Shown here in pieces: positions 12,108-23,745 of a DNA stretch of 64,000 bases. Position 1 is the stretch's first letter. Each line of letters starts with the position of its first letter. Below the pieces are notes generated by a model, which saw only the letters and a list, made by a program, of their open reading frames with translations, did no database searches and was not told the DNA's origin. The translations under genes and the position numbers were made by a program. Source of the stretch: Octopus bimaculoides (Eukaryota); the NCBI RefSeq assembly GCF_001194135.2, contig NC_068984.1, positions 53,908,519 to 53,972,518 on the forward strand, read 5' to 3'.

Positions 12108-12560
12108 TATGTGTTTCTTTGTGTAATGGTGCATTGAATTTAGGTACCCAGTTATATCTCTTTACACCAAGAACCTAGCCATTCAGTAAATAGTCCAAAA
12201 ATCAAAACCAGTAAAAGAATAATATATTTATGCTTCCTAAAAACAAAGCATTATCTCTTAAGAATGAATTATCATATGGAGACTGCAATGTTTCAGATCT
12301 GACTGGTTACTACAAAATGGCTTGATGTAGAACTATTAAGGAATTTTAGAGTAAATTTAATCTATAATAATGCTTTTGTGACACTGGGAAAAGCAAGCTG
12401 CACACCTACATCCATAAAAACTTTTACTGTAAGAGTAGTTATAAATAATGCTGAAATCTCCCTGAATTTATACTTCTCTGCATTCATGGGCAATCTGTGT
12501 GCTGCATTTGGCCTGTGGGTCTTTCTGCATGGTACGCCTAATGACAAAATGCCTTGAATT

Positions 12561-12683
12561 TGGCCGTTGATCGTTACCGCGTGGCCGTTGATCGTTACCG
12601 CGTGGCCGTTGATTGTTACCGCGTGGCCGTTGATTGTTACCGCGTGGCCGTTGATCGTTACCGCGTGGCCGTTGATCGTTACC
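12561..12683 (+). repeat. 21-bp minisatellite (tggccgttgatcgttaccgcg), 5 full units plus an 18-nt partial
   Basis: Units start at 12561, 12582, 12603, 12624, 12645 and 12666; units 3 and 4 carry a c-to-t change (gattgtt). Confidence 0.97.
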
Positions 12684-12987
12684 AACGTCGCCTCCCTGGC
12701 ATGTGTGCCAGTGGCACGTGTATAGACATTCGAGCGAGATCGTTGCCAGTGCCAATGGACTGGCTCCTGTGCAGGTGACACGTAATACACACCATTTTGA
12801 GCGTGGCACGTAAAACACCCACTACACTCTTGGAGTGGTTGGCGTTAGGAAGGGCATCCAACTGTAGAAACTCTGCCAAATCAGATTGGAGCCTGGTGTC
12901 GCCTCCTGGTCCACCAGTCCTCAGTCAAATCGTCCAACCCATACTAGCATGGAAAGCGAACATTAAACGATGATGATGATGATGATG
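12684..12987 (+). mobile_element. 3' end of a non-LTR retroelement (family E) with (GAT)n tail
   Basis: cacccactacactcttggagtggttggcgttaggaagggcatcc...catggaaagcgaacattaaac(gat)n; near-identical copy at 56908-57085. RTE affinity is inferred. Confidence 0.85.
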
Positions 12988-13548
12988 TGGTCTGCTTAAT
13001 GATGAGCCATGTCTCAAACAGCCTCCTTTACAGTTTTAGATAAAGCTAATTTAGTCCTAAATATTCTTAAAATGGTTCTATGATCACCATTAGAATACCT
13101 TTCATCACCTTTCATGTGTTATGTCTAGTTCAATTTCTTACTTTCATCACAGCTCTGCTTGATCACAGTTGTCCTGGGGATAAACAATAAAAAAAATAAC
13201 AATTGCTTTTGTCAGAGCTGTTGTTGTTATCTTCTTCCTCATCCACATCTATTTAAAGTTGATCTGTTTTCCTATGCTTACATATATTACATTGTGTCAC
13301 TCTCAGCCCTTCTCATGCTCTTTCTTCTATACTCATATTAAGTTTTTGCTGGTCTAATTCTAATTTGTACACTTGCTACTCACCATTCTATGTTACTCTT
13401 TAATTCAGTATTTATCATTTATTCATCATTCATTGTCTAACTAGTGCTATTATTTTGTTGGCTTATATTGACCAGATATTTTCATTTGTTCTTAACCTGT
13501 TTCAAATCTCTCTTGTCTAATCCTATTCATATGCATGCTTATGTATAA

Positions 13549-14000
13549 CTAGCAGTATAGCCTGGCGTTGCCCGGGATTAAGTTAAGATTATTAAGCTAA
13601 TCAAGCGCTTTGTTTCAAACCAAACTAAGTAACACCAATGTCAGATTTGAGTGAAGTCTGTTAAAATTGGTAAGCGTTTAGCTGAAAATGGGTTGCAGAC
13701 AATTTGATTGGGAAATCCCATAAGGAATCAGTTTATCGATTTTTCCACCACTCATCGATTATTTTATTTTTTTTTTTTTGGAGAACTTAAAGCATTCAAA
13801 GATCCCATAAGTCCTAAGTAACGCTGGCATCAAATTTGAACAAAATACGTCAAAATTGGTAAAAGTTATGGTTGAAAATGGGGTGTAGCCAGTTGTAGAG
13901 GGAAATCCTATAAAGAATTGGTTTATCAATTTTTCATCCTGATTGAATGGAAAACTCCATGAGGAATCAGTTTATTGATTTTTCACCCCAAATAAGACTT
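13549..14000 (-). mobile_element. Helitron-like element, 3' end
   Basis: Minus strand ends cccgg-gcaacg-ccagg (GC hairpin), ctatactg, then CTAG followed by T, the canonical Helitron 3' terminus (CTAG at 13549-13552). Three internal copies of gaaatcccataaggaatcagtttatcgatttt. 5' end not located. Confidence 0.7.
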
Positions 14001-14153
14001 AACTGAACACAACATTGCTGATTCAAAATAATCTATATTTATACTTTAAAGTTGGTTTTCACACCCAACCCAGTTCTGCAGAATCAGTGTTGCGACGAGA
14101 ATACATGGGTTGGGAGTTTGACCGACAGAGGTGATCAGGTTGCACATGCTGGC

Positions 14154-14508
14154 NNNNNNNNNNNNNNNNNNNNNNNNNNNNNNNNNNNNNNNNNNNNNNN
14201 NNNNNNNNNNNNNNNNNNNNNNNNNNNNNNNNNNNNNNNNNNNNNNNNNNNNNNNNNNNNNNNNNNNNNNNNNNNNNNNNNNNNNNNNNNNNNNNNNNNN
14301 NNNNNNNNNNNNNNNNNNNNNNNNNNNNNNNNNNNNNNNNNNNNNNNNNNNNNNNNNNNNNNNNNNNNNNNNNNNNNNNNNNNNNNNNNNNNNNNNNNNN
14401 NNNNNNNNNNNNNNNNNNNNNNNNNNNNNNNNNNNNNNNNNNNNNNNNNNNNNNNNNNNNNNNNNNNNNNNNNNNNNNNNNNNNNNNNNNNNNNNNNNNN
14501 NNNNNNNN
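14154..14508. other. Assembly gap (one of ten)
   Basis: Other N-runs at 10699-10708, 19569-19797, 23692-23701, 24520-24747, 33719-33818, 36185-36800, 37959-38393, 46575-47083 and 50902-50911; most abut microsatellites. Confidence 0.98.
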
Positions 14509-14905
14509 GAGATGGTGGTCTCCCCTCGCCCTACCCCCTTTTTCTGAACCAAAATAAGGGATTTGCAGCATATTAGGAGGTCAGGGTACTTGATTCCACG
14601 CAAAAAAAAAAAAAATTCGATTTTTATTTTTTTACCTTATTGAAAATAGGGCGGGTGAAAAGATCAATGGGAGTGGGAGTGATATTTCTGAGGCCCCCAC
14701 CTCACCCTACCCCATTTTTTGGACCCCCCCCCAAGGGTTTTGTAGCATATTAAGAGGTCACAGGAATTCATTCAGCGAAAAAAAAAAAAATATTTCCAGT
14801 TATTCTGAGATGGTGGTCTCCCCTCGCCCTACCCCCTTTTTCTGAACCAAAATAAGGGATTTGCAGCATATTGGGAGGTCAGGGTACTGGATTCCACGCA
14901 AAAAG
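14509..14905. repeat. About 95-bp direct repeat at about 300-bp period, with a diverged third unit between
   Basis: gagatggtggtctcccctcgccctacc...gattccacgcaaaa occurs at 14509 and about 14808; related unit at about 14690-14790. Lies next to an assembly gap. Confidence 0.8.
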
Positions 14906-15459
14906 TCGAGTTTTTTTTTTCTTAGTGAAAATCGTGCGGGTGTTAATCTAAAAATTTACCAACCAGATTTTAGTGAAAACCTGAATATGGTCCAGTTTTA
15001 ACTTAGCTTAATGTCTTGAAGTCAACACTTTTCATACTTTCAACTAAAACTGGACAATTCATTAGTCACAAGAAGTTTAATCTCACAGACTTGGGGATTA
15101 TTTTTAATGAGAAGCAAGTTTGTAAGGAATAGTATATTATTACTGCATATATGTTATTAATACTTTATGATTCAGTTTAATGATTTTTTTAAAATGGAGA
15201 ATGCTACAACTGATCTTTGTCACATATCGCCTAATAAAAAAAGAGGAAAATTAGCAATGACTCCCGTTCATGTGAAAGCAAAGCCAGGTTATACCTGTAA
15301 TAAACATGTTGCTTAGATGTGAATGAGTATGTTGAGGCATGCATGAGGCATTGGAAAACAGTAACACCATGGATCATGAACAGTATGAATATTACATTAT
15401 CTAACCTGGACAGATTGATCAAACGAGAAAACTATTGATGTGCAATTGGATCACCAAAT

Positions 15460-15672
15460 CCTCTACTTGGTTTCTAGGCCTGCTAGAAACAGCAACTAAG
15501 TCGTCTGAAAATCATACTCTGCTAACTTTAAAAAAAAGGAAAAAAAAAGACTTGTTGGATATATGGTCCTGTGCATCCTATACAGGAAACTGACTGGTTA
15601 GTCCTGGCAGGAACGCCTGTGATCATAGATTAGTTCGATCAGAGCTGACTTGGAGGTAAATATCAACAACAG
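15460..15672. mobile_element. Dispersed repeat family D (representative copy)
   Basis: cctgctagaaacagcaactaag...gatcatagattagttcgatcagagctgacttggaggtaaa. Relatives at about 10075-10175, 22285-22445, 35850-35960, 53160-53260, 53620-53700, 59290-59400, 60985-61145 and 62360-62530. Confidence 0.65.
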
Positions 15673-16078
15673 CATACAAGTCTTTCTCTCAGAAGATATT
15701 ACTAGGAAGGTCTTAAAATGTCAATGGATCTAGAAAAAGTATTGATCCAAATTTAGAAAATGTATCGATCCAAATTTAATAGAAAGAACAAAGAAATTGT
15801 TAATAGAGAAATACCTTGGAGCTTAGATAACACTCACTATCTACCACCAGCTTTGCATGCTCACACACACACATGCTCATGCATGCATACACACACACAC
15901 ACACACACCCTGCTATACATTGTCTGACTATTTCTATTGTTTTATATTGACCAGATACTTTCATTTGTTCTCAACCTGTCCCTCAAATCTCTCTTGTCTA
16001 TAATCCTATTCATATGGATGCATATCTGTAACTATTTGGCTGTGTCTGTCTTTCTCAGTCTGTTTCTGCCTGTATCTA

Positions 16079-16111
<33 letters not shown>

Positions 16112-16429
16112 GTCTCTCTCTGTCTCTCTCTCTCCTCCACTGTCTCTTTCTGTCTTTCTCTCTTCATATAAGAAAATAAATCCAATGTGATTTTGTTATT
16201 TGATTTCCTTATAGTTGTAAAATTTTAATTTGTAATTTGATTTTCCCCCTAGTTTAGATTATTTACTCTGTTTTCTTCCTAACTTTGTGAAAGAATGTTG
16301 AAATGATATAGCAAAGAGATTAAACAAAGTTTTATAAAAAAAGAAAGAAATAAAACCATTTAAATTACTAAACACTAGTGCTATTTATCAGTTACTTAAC
16401 ATAGCAGTAGCATAATTAAACTGTGTAAA

Positions 16430-16560
16430 TAATTATTGTTGGGTTCAGTCCTATTCCATGGCACCTAAGTCAGTTGTCTTCTACTATATCCCCAGAACAG
16501 TCAAAACCTTGTGAGTGAATTCGGTAGACAGAAACTGAAAGAATCCTGACGTGTGTGTGT
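16430..16560 (+). mobile_element. SINE family B, 5' half
   Basis: gggttcagtcc...aaccttgtgagtgaattcggtagacagaaactgaaagaatcc followed by (TG)n. Confidence 0.7.
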
Positions 16561-16564
16561 GTGT

Positions 16565-16871
16565 GCTTAGTGGTTAGGGTACTTGGCCCATGCTCTTCCA
16601 GCAGTGTGTTGTGTTCTTGAAAAAAAAAAACAAACAATTTATTTCTCTTTGCACCAGTTCACTCAGCTGGCGAAATGAGTAGTACCTGTATTTCAGAATG
16701 TCAGCCTTGTCACATTCTGTGTCACACTGAACTACATTAGTAGTACCTTGAGAACTACATTAAGGGTATGTGTGTCTGTGGAGTGCTTAGCCTCTTGCAC
16801 ATTAATTTCACGAGCAGGCTGTTCCTTTAATCAGATTAACAGGAACCCTCATTGTCATAGCTGACGGAGTT
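16565..16871 (+). mobile_element. Mosaic SINE: V-type middle module joined to the family A 3' module
   Basis: gtgttgtgttcttga...ccagttcactcagctggcgaaatgagtagtacctgtatttc, then the family A tail gagaactacattaagggt...ctgacggagt. Confidence 0.75.
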
Positions 16872-17065
16872 CTTGTGTGTGTGTGTATTTATGCTTGTAG
16901 ATATATGTATATTCATTTATGTGTGTTGTTTACTATCTCTTTGTCTTGATATGATTGTGATAATTGTAGACAAGTGTCACCATCATAGAAATGGTGACCT
17001 TCATTTACATTTTTCTGAGAAAACATGTTTGGTTTTTTTAGAAATATTACATTGACCTTTCAGAA

Positions 17066-17170
17066 ACAGGTGAGGGTTGGTGACAGGAAGGGCATCCGGC
17101 TGTAGAATATCTGCCACAACAAATTCTATCTCACTGATGTGAGTCTGAGAAAAGTGGATTTTAAAACAAC
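17066..17170 (+). mobile_element. Old family E-like 3' fragment
   Basis: gttggtgacaggaagggcatccggctgtagaatatctgcc. Confidence 0.55.
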
Positions 17171-17419
17171 AATGAGAAAGACGAATATCTCACTTTGATT
17201 TTATGATAACTATTTTTTGTTTTAGTTTTTTTAATATGAAGTAGAAGAGTAGGGGCCATAACCTTTTTTAGGGCATTCAAAATTGGTCAGAGGAAGCTAT
17301 CTTCTGATGAGTGTTCTTGTCTGAATACTGACAACAATAAAAACACACAAAATAAAGCTGGGTAGTGGTGTTAATATGGACATCCTTAGAATGGCAATGA
17401 TCTCTCTGGCTTACTACAC

Positions 17420-17750
17420 AGGTTCATCTGTCTACCAAATTTCACTCACAAAGCTGTACTTGAAGGTATTTGCCAAAAGTGCTGTATAATAGACTGATCC
17501 TGCAACCATGTAATTGTGAAGAAGAATTCTTAAACATTCAGCTATGCCCTCCATAAATCAAATTACAGATAAAATACTTCTCATCTTTTACTGGTTCATG
17601 TTATGTGGCCATGCTAGGGCACTGCTTTCAAGGGTTTGCTTGAACAATTCAAACCCAGTACCAAGCTTCTAAGTTTGGTACTTATTCTATTGGTCTCTTT
17701 TGCCAAATTTCTAATTCATAAGGATGTTAATAAACTTATACCAGGTGTAT
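17420..17750 (-). mobile_element. Two decayed SINE family B fragments (head and tail)
   Basis: Reverse-complement matches to the family B head (17420-17550) and tail/body (17575-17750). Confidence 0.6.
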
Positions 17751-18095
17751 ATATGTAGGACACTGTGTCCCTAAATGATTCTATGTGTGAGTGCATATGC
17801 ATTCATTTGTTGGTATATGAATGTATATACACACACACATTTCTGTGTACTAATGTTTTGGGGTGTGTGAAAATATGTCTCTACTTTTTTCTCCCAGTCA
17901 AGATATTAAGTGGTTATGTTATCTGACCCAAACCCTTACTTTGTAATATATTATCTCTGTCAGATCCCCATCACTTACCCTGTACTATTTCTAATCTCCT
18001 TGCCTCTTCACTCAAATTTCTATCCAAAATTGGCTATTATTTTCCTTAATTCTGCCACCTCTCATTTAAACTTTCTCTTCCCAATCTGATATGGG

Positions 18096-18215
18096 GAATA
18101 AGTACTAGGTTTACAAAGAATAAGTCCTGGGGTCGATTTGCTTGACTAAAGGCGGTGCTCCAGCATGGCTGCAATCAAATGACTGAAACAAGTAAAAGAG
18201 TAAAAGAGAGAGAGT
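18096..18215 (+). mobile_element. 5'-truncated SINE family B tail
   Basis: gaataagtactaggtttacaaagaataagtcctggggtcgatttgc...gtaaaagagtaaaagag. Confidence 0.88.
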
Positions 18216-18786
18216 ATATCAGTACACTATTTTGAGTAAGTATATTCAGCTGTTTTCACTTCTCAACTTAGCATATATAAAATACCGAAGGATATGTAAA
18301 TTAAAGAAGTTTCAGTAAAATATTTATAGTTGATTCAATTGAGTCTGTTCTTGTGTGTGACTGCTATTGTGTCTATGAACATGTGTATCATACAATATGT
18401 TAGAATAACTGCATATGTTTCTCTGTATATGCACATGTATACATATATACATATGCACTCACATACACATATTGGTTGTGAAGTATAACAAACAGGTGAA
18501 GAAAAATCATCTCTAGTATTGAATTCATTGTTTGATAGAAGACATATGTCTGCATTGGTTGAAACATGTCATTAGAAAAGATGTAGGCTAGCTGAAAAAC
18601 TGTTTCAAGTAGCAACACAGTGAGGAAGACTTGGAGAGAGACAGATAATTTTTATTACTTTGGAACTCACAAACAAATGGTAGATATAATGTACATACAC
18701 GAATAGTATCTATACTGCACACCCATCTGTACAATATTGCTAAATTAGATAATGATGATGATACTACTACTACTACTACTACTACT

Positions 18787-19797
18787 CTTCCTTTTTACTA
18801 TAGCCACAAGGGGATAGTTGATTACAACCCAAGTGCTCAATTGGCACTTATTTTTATTGACCCTGAAGGGATGACAGGCAAAGGTGACTACAGCAGAATG
18901 TGAACTCGTACTGTAAAGGGCCAAAAGAAATGCCGCTAAACATCTTGTCTGACATGCTAATGATCTTGTCAGCTTGCTGTCATTAATGCTTTCAAATTTT
19001 GGCACAAGGCCAGCAATTTTAGGGGAGTGGGATGATTGATTACATTGATCCTGGTGCTCAGCTGGCATTCATGTTATTGATCTTGAAGAGATGAAAGGCT
19101 GAGTTGACCGTGGTGGGATTTGAACTCAAAATGTAAAGTGCTGGAAAAAATACCACAATACATTTCATCCAACTCTCTAATAATTCTGCCACTCACTGTC
19201 CTTAAAATATTGTTTGATATAGCTACAAGGCCAGTAATGTTAAGTGGGGGGATACTATTTGATCAAATTGATCCTGCTACTTGACTCATACTTTATATTA
19301 TTGACCCCAGAGGGATTTGAATATAAAGAGCTGGAATAAATACTTCAAACAATTTTGTCCAATGGTCCTTTCAATCCATTACTCTTAATAATAATTCTTT
19401 CTACTATACTCTTTTACTCTTTTATTTGTTTCAGTCATTTGACTGCAGCCATGCTGGAGCACCGCCTTTAGTTGAGCAAATCGACCCCAGGACTTATTCT
19501 TTGTAAGCCTAGTACTTATTCTATCGGTCTCTTTTGCTGAACCGCTAAGTTACGGGGACATAAACACANNNNNNNNNNNNNNNNNNNNNNNNNNNNNNNN
19601 NNNNNNNNNNNNNNNNNNNNNNNNNNNNNNNNNNNNNNNNNNNNNNNNNNNNNNNNNNNNNNNNNNNNNNNNNNNNNNNNNNNNNNNNNNNNNNNNNNNN
19701 NNNNNNNNNNNNNNNNNNNNNNNNNNNNNNNNNNNNNNNNNNNNNNNNNNNNNNNNNNNNNNNNNNNNNNNNNNNNNNNNNNNNNNNNNNNNNNNNN

Positions 19798-19829
<32 letters not shown>

Positions 19830-20420
19830 GACAGGCTTCTTTCAGTTTCCGTCTACCAAATGCACTCACAAGGCTTTGGTCGGCCCAAGGCTATAGTAGA
19901 AGACACTTGCCCAAGGTGCCACGCAGTGGGACTGAACCCAGAACCATGTGGTTGGTAAGCAAGCTACTTACCACACAGCCACTCCTGCGCCTATAGGCTC
20001 AAAGCATGAAATTTTGTGGGAGGGAGCTAACTAATTATATTGATCCCAGTTCTCAATTGGTACTTATTTTATCAATACTGAAATGAGGAAAAGCAAAATT
20101 TGAACTTGGAACATAAGGCCAAAAGAAATGCTGCAAAGCACTTTATCTAGTGTGCTAACAATTCTGCTAGCTTGCTGCCTTAGCTTTAATAATAATAATA
20201 ATAATAATAATGATAATTCTTTCTGCTTTACATACAAAGCTTGAAATTTTTAGGGAGAGGGTAGTTGATTACATCAACCCCAGTGCACAACTGGTACTTC
20301 ATTGACCCTGAAAGGATGAAAGAAAGTCAGCAGAATTTGAATTCAAAATGTAAAGATGGACAAAATGCTACTAAGCATTTTACCTGGCATGCTAACAATT
20401 CTACCAGCTCACTACCTTTA
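18787..20420 (-). mobile_element. Head-to-tail stack of five SINE family C copies
   Basis: Copies at about 18787-18980, 18986-19204, 19210-19387, 19396-20182 (interrupted by a family B copy) and 20217-20420. All are minus strand and separated by short A/T-rich spacers, some (AAT)n. The central gactttgcctttcatcc module resembles the Meta-domain (from recall). Confidence 0.82.
19407..19994 (-). mobile_element. Young SINE family B nested in a family C copy
   Basis: Complete tail and head flank the gap at 19569-19797; it splits the host sequence ctactat|aggc. Confidence 0.88.
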
Positions 20421-20593
20421 TAATAATAATAATAATGATGATGATAATGATAATAATAATAATGATGATGATGATAAAAAATAATAATTTGTTTTATTGA
20501 GTGAGTGAAGGCAATTACATATATCATCATTCAAGTGTATCCAATAGAGGTTTACAAAAACCTTATACAGTAGGACAGTTATACAGTTATGTA

Positions 20594-21847
20594 TTGGATC
20601 ATCTCATAAATAATGTGGGTTTTTTTCAATTGCATGAGCTAAAATTTAGAGGGGTACAGGATAAACTACCGGCATTGACTTGCTATAAAAGTAGGTAGTA
20701 ATTTTATCTTGTGGCCTTATTCTTAGTGCAAGTTTTGAAGAGTGCAGTTCGATTTTAACAGTTATTTTTTCAAAGTTATAATGGAAGTGACAAAGGAGCA
20801 TATTCTGCATATTTTGCTTTATGACTTCAATAAAGGCAACAATGCAACAGAAAGTGTGAGGAATATTAATGCAGTATATGGGGATCGAACACTAAGCATA
20901 AGTTAGTGTCAACAGTGGTTCCAGATATTCTGAGCCAGGAACTACAGCCTTAAAGACGAGCCTCATCCTGGAAGATCTGTAGAGCTCAACAAGCACATCC
21001 TGCAAGCCCTGGTGGAACAAAATCCTATCATAACTGTTGAGGAACTAGCAGAGAAGCTTGGATTTGGTCATTCAACCATTCATCAACAACTATGTGCCAA
21101 GTCAGCAAATTGGGTCAGTGGGTTCATCATAAACTTTCCGAGTCTAATCGTGTGCAAAGAATGAATGTGTGCTTTTCTTTGCTGTTACGTTTCATGAATG
21201 CACCTTTTTTGACAAGAAATGGGTTCTCTATAAAAATGTCAAGCACCAAAGACAGTGGGTAGGTTAAGGAGAAACACCAGCACCCCAGGCTAAAGAAGTT
21301 TTTTCACCCACATAAGGTGTTGTTATCTGTTTGGTGAGATATGAAAGGTTTAGTCCACTTTGAACTTTTAAACCTAAACCAAATGATTACAATGGAGATC
21401 TACTGCAAACAGCTTGTGCAACTGCTAGAAGAAAATTGACCATCTTTGATTTCAAGACAAAAGATATACTCTCATCAGGATAATGCTCAGCCACATACAG
21501 TAAGGGTGGCATTCCAAAGGCTGGAGCAGTTTGAATGGGAAATGATGCCCCACCCACCATATTCACTGGACATTGGCCCATCTGATTATCATTTATTCCA
21601 CAGTCTTCAAAATCATTTGGATGGAAAAAATATGAATTCTGTAGATGAGGTCAGAACAGTACTGGAGGAATATTTTACAACATGGACAAGTGAATTTTGG
21701 AAAAGGGGCCCTGCAAGTCTACCAGATAGGTGGAAGAGCATTGAAGAAAATGAAGAAGAGTATATTTCAGATTAAAAAAGAACATTGTTTATCTTAATTT
21801 TGAAAAATAAAAGCTGTATAAAAAAGCCACATTATGGGATGACCCAA
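20594..21847 (+). mobile_element. Full-length decayed mariner (DD34D) transposon
   Basis: TA at 20592-20593 and 21848-21849; TIRs ttggatcatctcataaataatgtggg and gccacattatgggatgacccaa; about 1.25 kb. Confidence 0.93.
20781..21775 (+). pseudogene. Mariner transposase pseudogene
   Basis: ATG at 20781 (MEVTKEHILHILLYDF...), WVHHKL (cf. WVPHEL), DKKWVLY, HQDNAQPH and YSLDIGPSDYHLF with 34 residues between the last two Asp. Several stops and frameshifts. Confidence 0.93.
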
Positions 21848-22464
21848 TATATGTATATAAAAAAGAGCTGGGTGTTTCAGGGATATTATATAAAGAAAAC
21901 ACGTTAAAATTTTGTGTAAAATAAGGGCAGAAATTACTTTAAATAACTGTAAAAGGAATCAGCAAGAAATAGACAAGATACTGTTTCAAAAGTGTAGATT
22001 TAGCATTTCCCACCAACGCAAGCGTGAGAACAGCTTGGCTTACATAGGCACAAGGTCACAAAGGTGTTGTAGAGGAGCACAATCAGTTGGATCAACACTA
22101 AGAGGTATGCCATCTACATGTCTATTCTCAACCCTGGAGGGATGGAAGGTAAAGTTGACCTTGGCAGGATTTCAGCTCAAAAGATAAAGAGTTGTAACTA
22201 AATACTTGTAAGCCTATTGTCAGCTACTTTTACTTTTCTCTAACTCCACCACCCTCTGCAAATAGAAATAATGAGCCGAAACAAATGCTGTTGTTGTTCA
22301 GTTACTTGACCTACTAGAAATAGCAGTCAAATCTACCTCAAATAAAATGAAAGAACATTGGTTATGTAATGTTTGATATATTATGCTTAAAAATAAAGAA
22401 AAATGATGTCTGCTGGATCAGGGTTAACCTATATCCATGCAACAATAGCGATAACAATGATATT

Positions 22465-22667
22465 TTAAATTTTGGCCATCAATTTTAGGGCAGGAGACTA
22501 GTTGATTGCATTGACCTCCGTGCTCAGCAGGTATTATTTTATCAACTCTGAATAAAATGAAAGGCAAAGTTAACCTTGGTAGAATTTGAACTCAGAATGC
22601 AAAGAACTGGAAGAATTGTCACTCTGCATATTGTTTGCAGTTCTAACAGTTCTGTCAGCTCATTGCC

Positions 22668-22705
<38 letters not shown>

Positions 22706-23040
22706 CCTTTCTACTATAGGTGCAGGCACAAAGTCTGAAACTTTTGGAGAGGGGGCTAGATTATTTCATTGACCCCAGTGCTTGACTGGTACTTATTTAA
22801 TTGACACTTAAGGTAGTGAAGTGACAGAAACATTAGCGCATATGACAAAATGCTTAGCAGCATTTCTTTTAGCTCTTTATCTCTTTATGTTCTAAGTTCA
22901 CTTGCTACTGAAGTCAAGTTTGCCTTTCATCTTTTCAGGGTCAATAAAGTAAAGTACCAGTCAAGTACTGGGATCAATGTAATTGATGTACCTTCACCCA
23001 CTAAAAATTGTTGGCCTTCTGCCAAAGTGTGAAACTATTA
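22465..23040. mobile_element. Cluster of SINE family C copies
   Basis: Minus copies at about 22465-22670 and 22705-22808 separated by (AAT)n; plus copy at about 22811-23040. A further fragment lies at about 23505-23650. Confidence 0.75.
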
Positions 23041-23129
23041 TATAACTTCTTGTCTTCTTTTATAATTTCCATAAAACATAGCTAACACTAGTCTGTGTAA
23101 ATATCTAATAAGTTGCACAAATTAGATGA

Positions 23130-23292
23130 GACATTACAAGAAAATTTTGGATAATAACCACTGTGTGAAATTAGCTTGTTTAATTAAAATAATCTCTCTT
23201 TCTCCTTCTCTCCAAAACTTGCCAGGATATTTTTAAAATGCCATTCAGTGAAAGAAGGCACTGGGTGATAAAGTTGAGAACCACTGCTCCAG
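23130..23292. mobile_element. Possible hAT-type MITE end
   Basis: Ends in gttgagaaccactg, the reverse complement of the hAT-like terminus CAGTGGTTCTCAAC. The partner end was not found. Confidence 0.4.
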
Positions 23293-23659
23293 ACAAACCC
23301 AAACTTATTTCTAACTTTATTGAAGAATAATTCTCTCACAATAGCTACTGGCAAAGGTATTACTTTTAACAAAAGAAAGAAAAAGAAAATACCCTATAAG
23401 GAAGCCAAGTTGCTTGGCTACTAGAAATAGCAGCAAAATCTCACTCAAACTTCCTCCTTGTGTCAAAAATAAAACCAAAAAACAGGGGCTAGTACTCGGT
23501 ATGTAAGTCTTTCTACTATAGGCAGAAGACCTGAAATTTTGGGAAAGTGGGCTAGTCAATTACATCAATCTCAGTGCTTGGCTGGCACTAATTTCATTGA
23601 CTCCCTGTCCAAAGGATGAAAGGCATATTCCACTTTTGTGAAATTTGAATTTTTTTTTT

Positions 23660-23691
<32 letters not shown>

Positions 23692-23701
23692 NNNNNNNNN
23701 N

Positions 23702-23745
<44 letters not shown>

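Noticed and set aside
12561-12683. 21-bp array as a CRISPR array or coding repeat (VTINGHA)n
   Set aside because: There are no spacers, the context is eukaryotic, and the array is fused to a retroelement; the open frames result from a stop-free unit length divisible by 3.
17304-17352. CTGATGA followed by a gtgt/acac stem as a hammerhead
   Set aside because: GAAA is absent (aaaa) and no stem I or stem III partner exists downstream.
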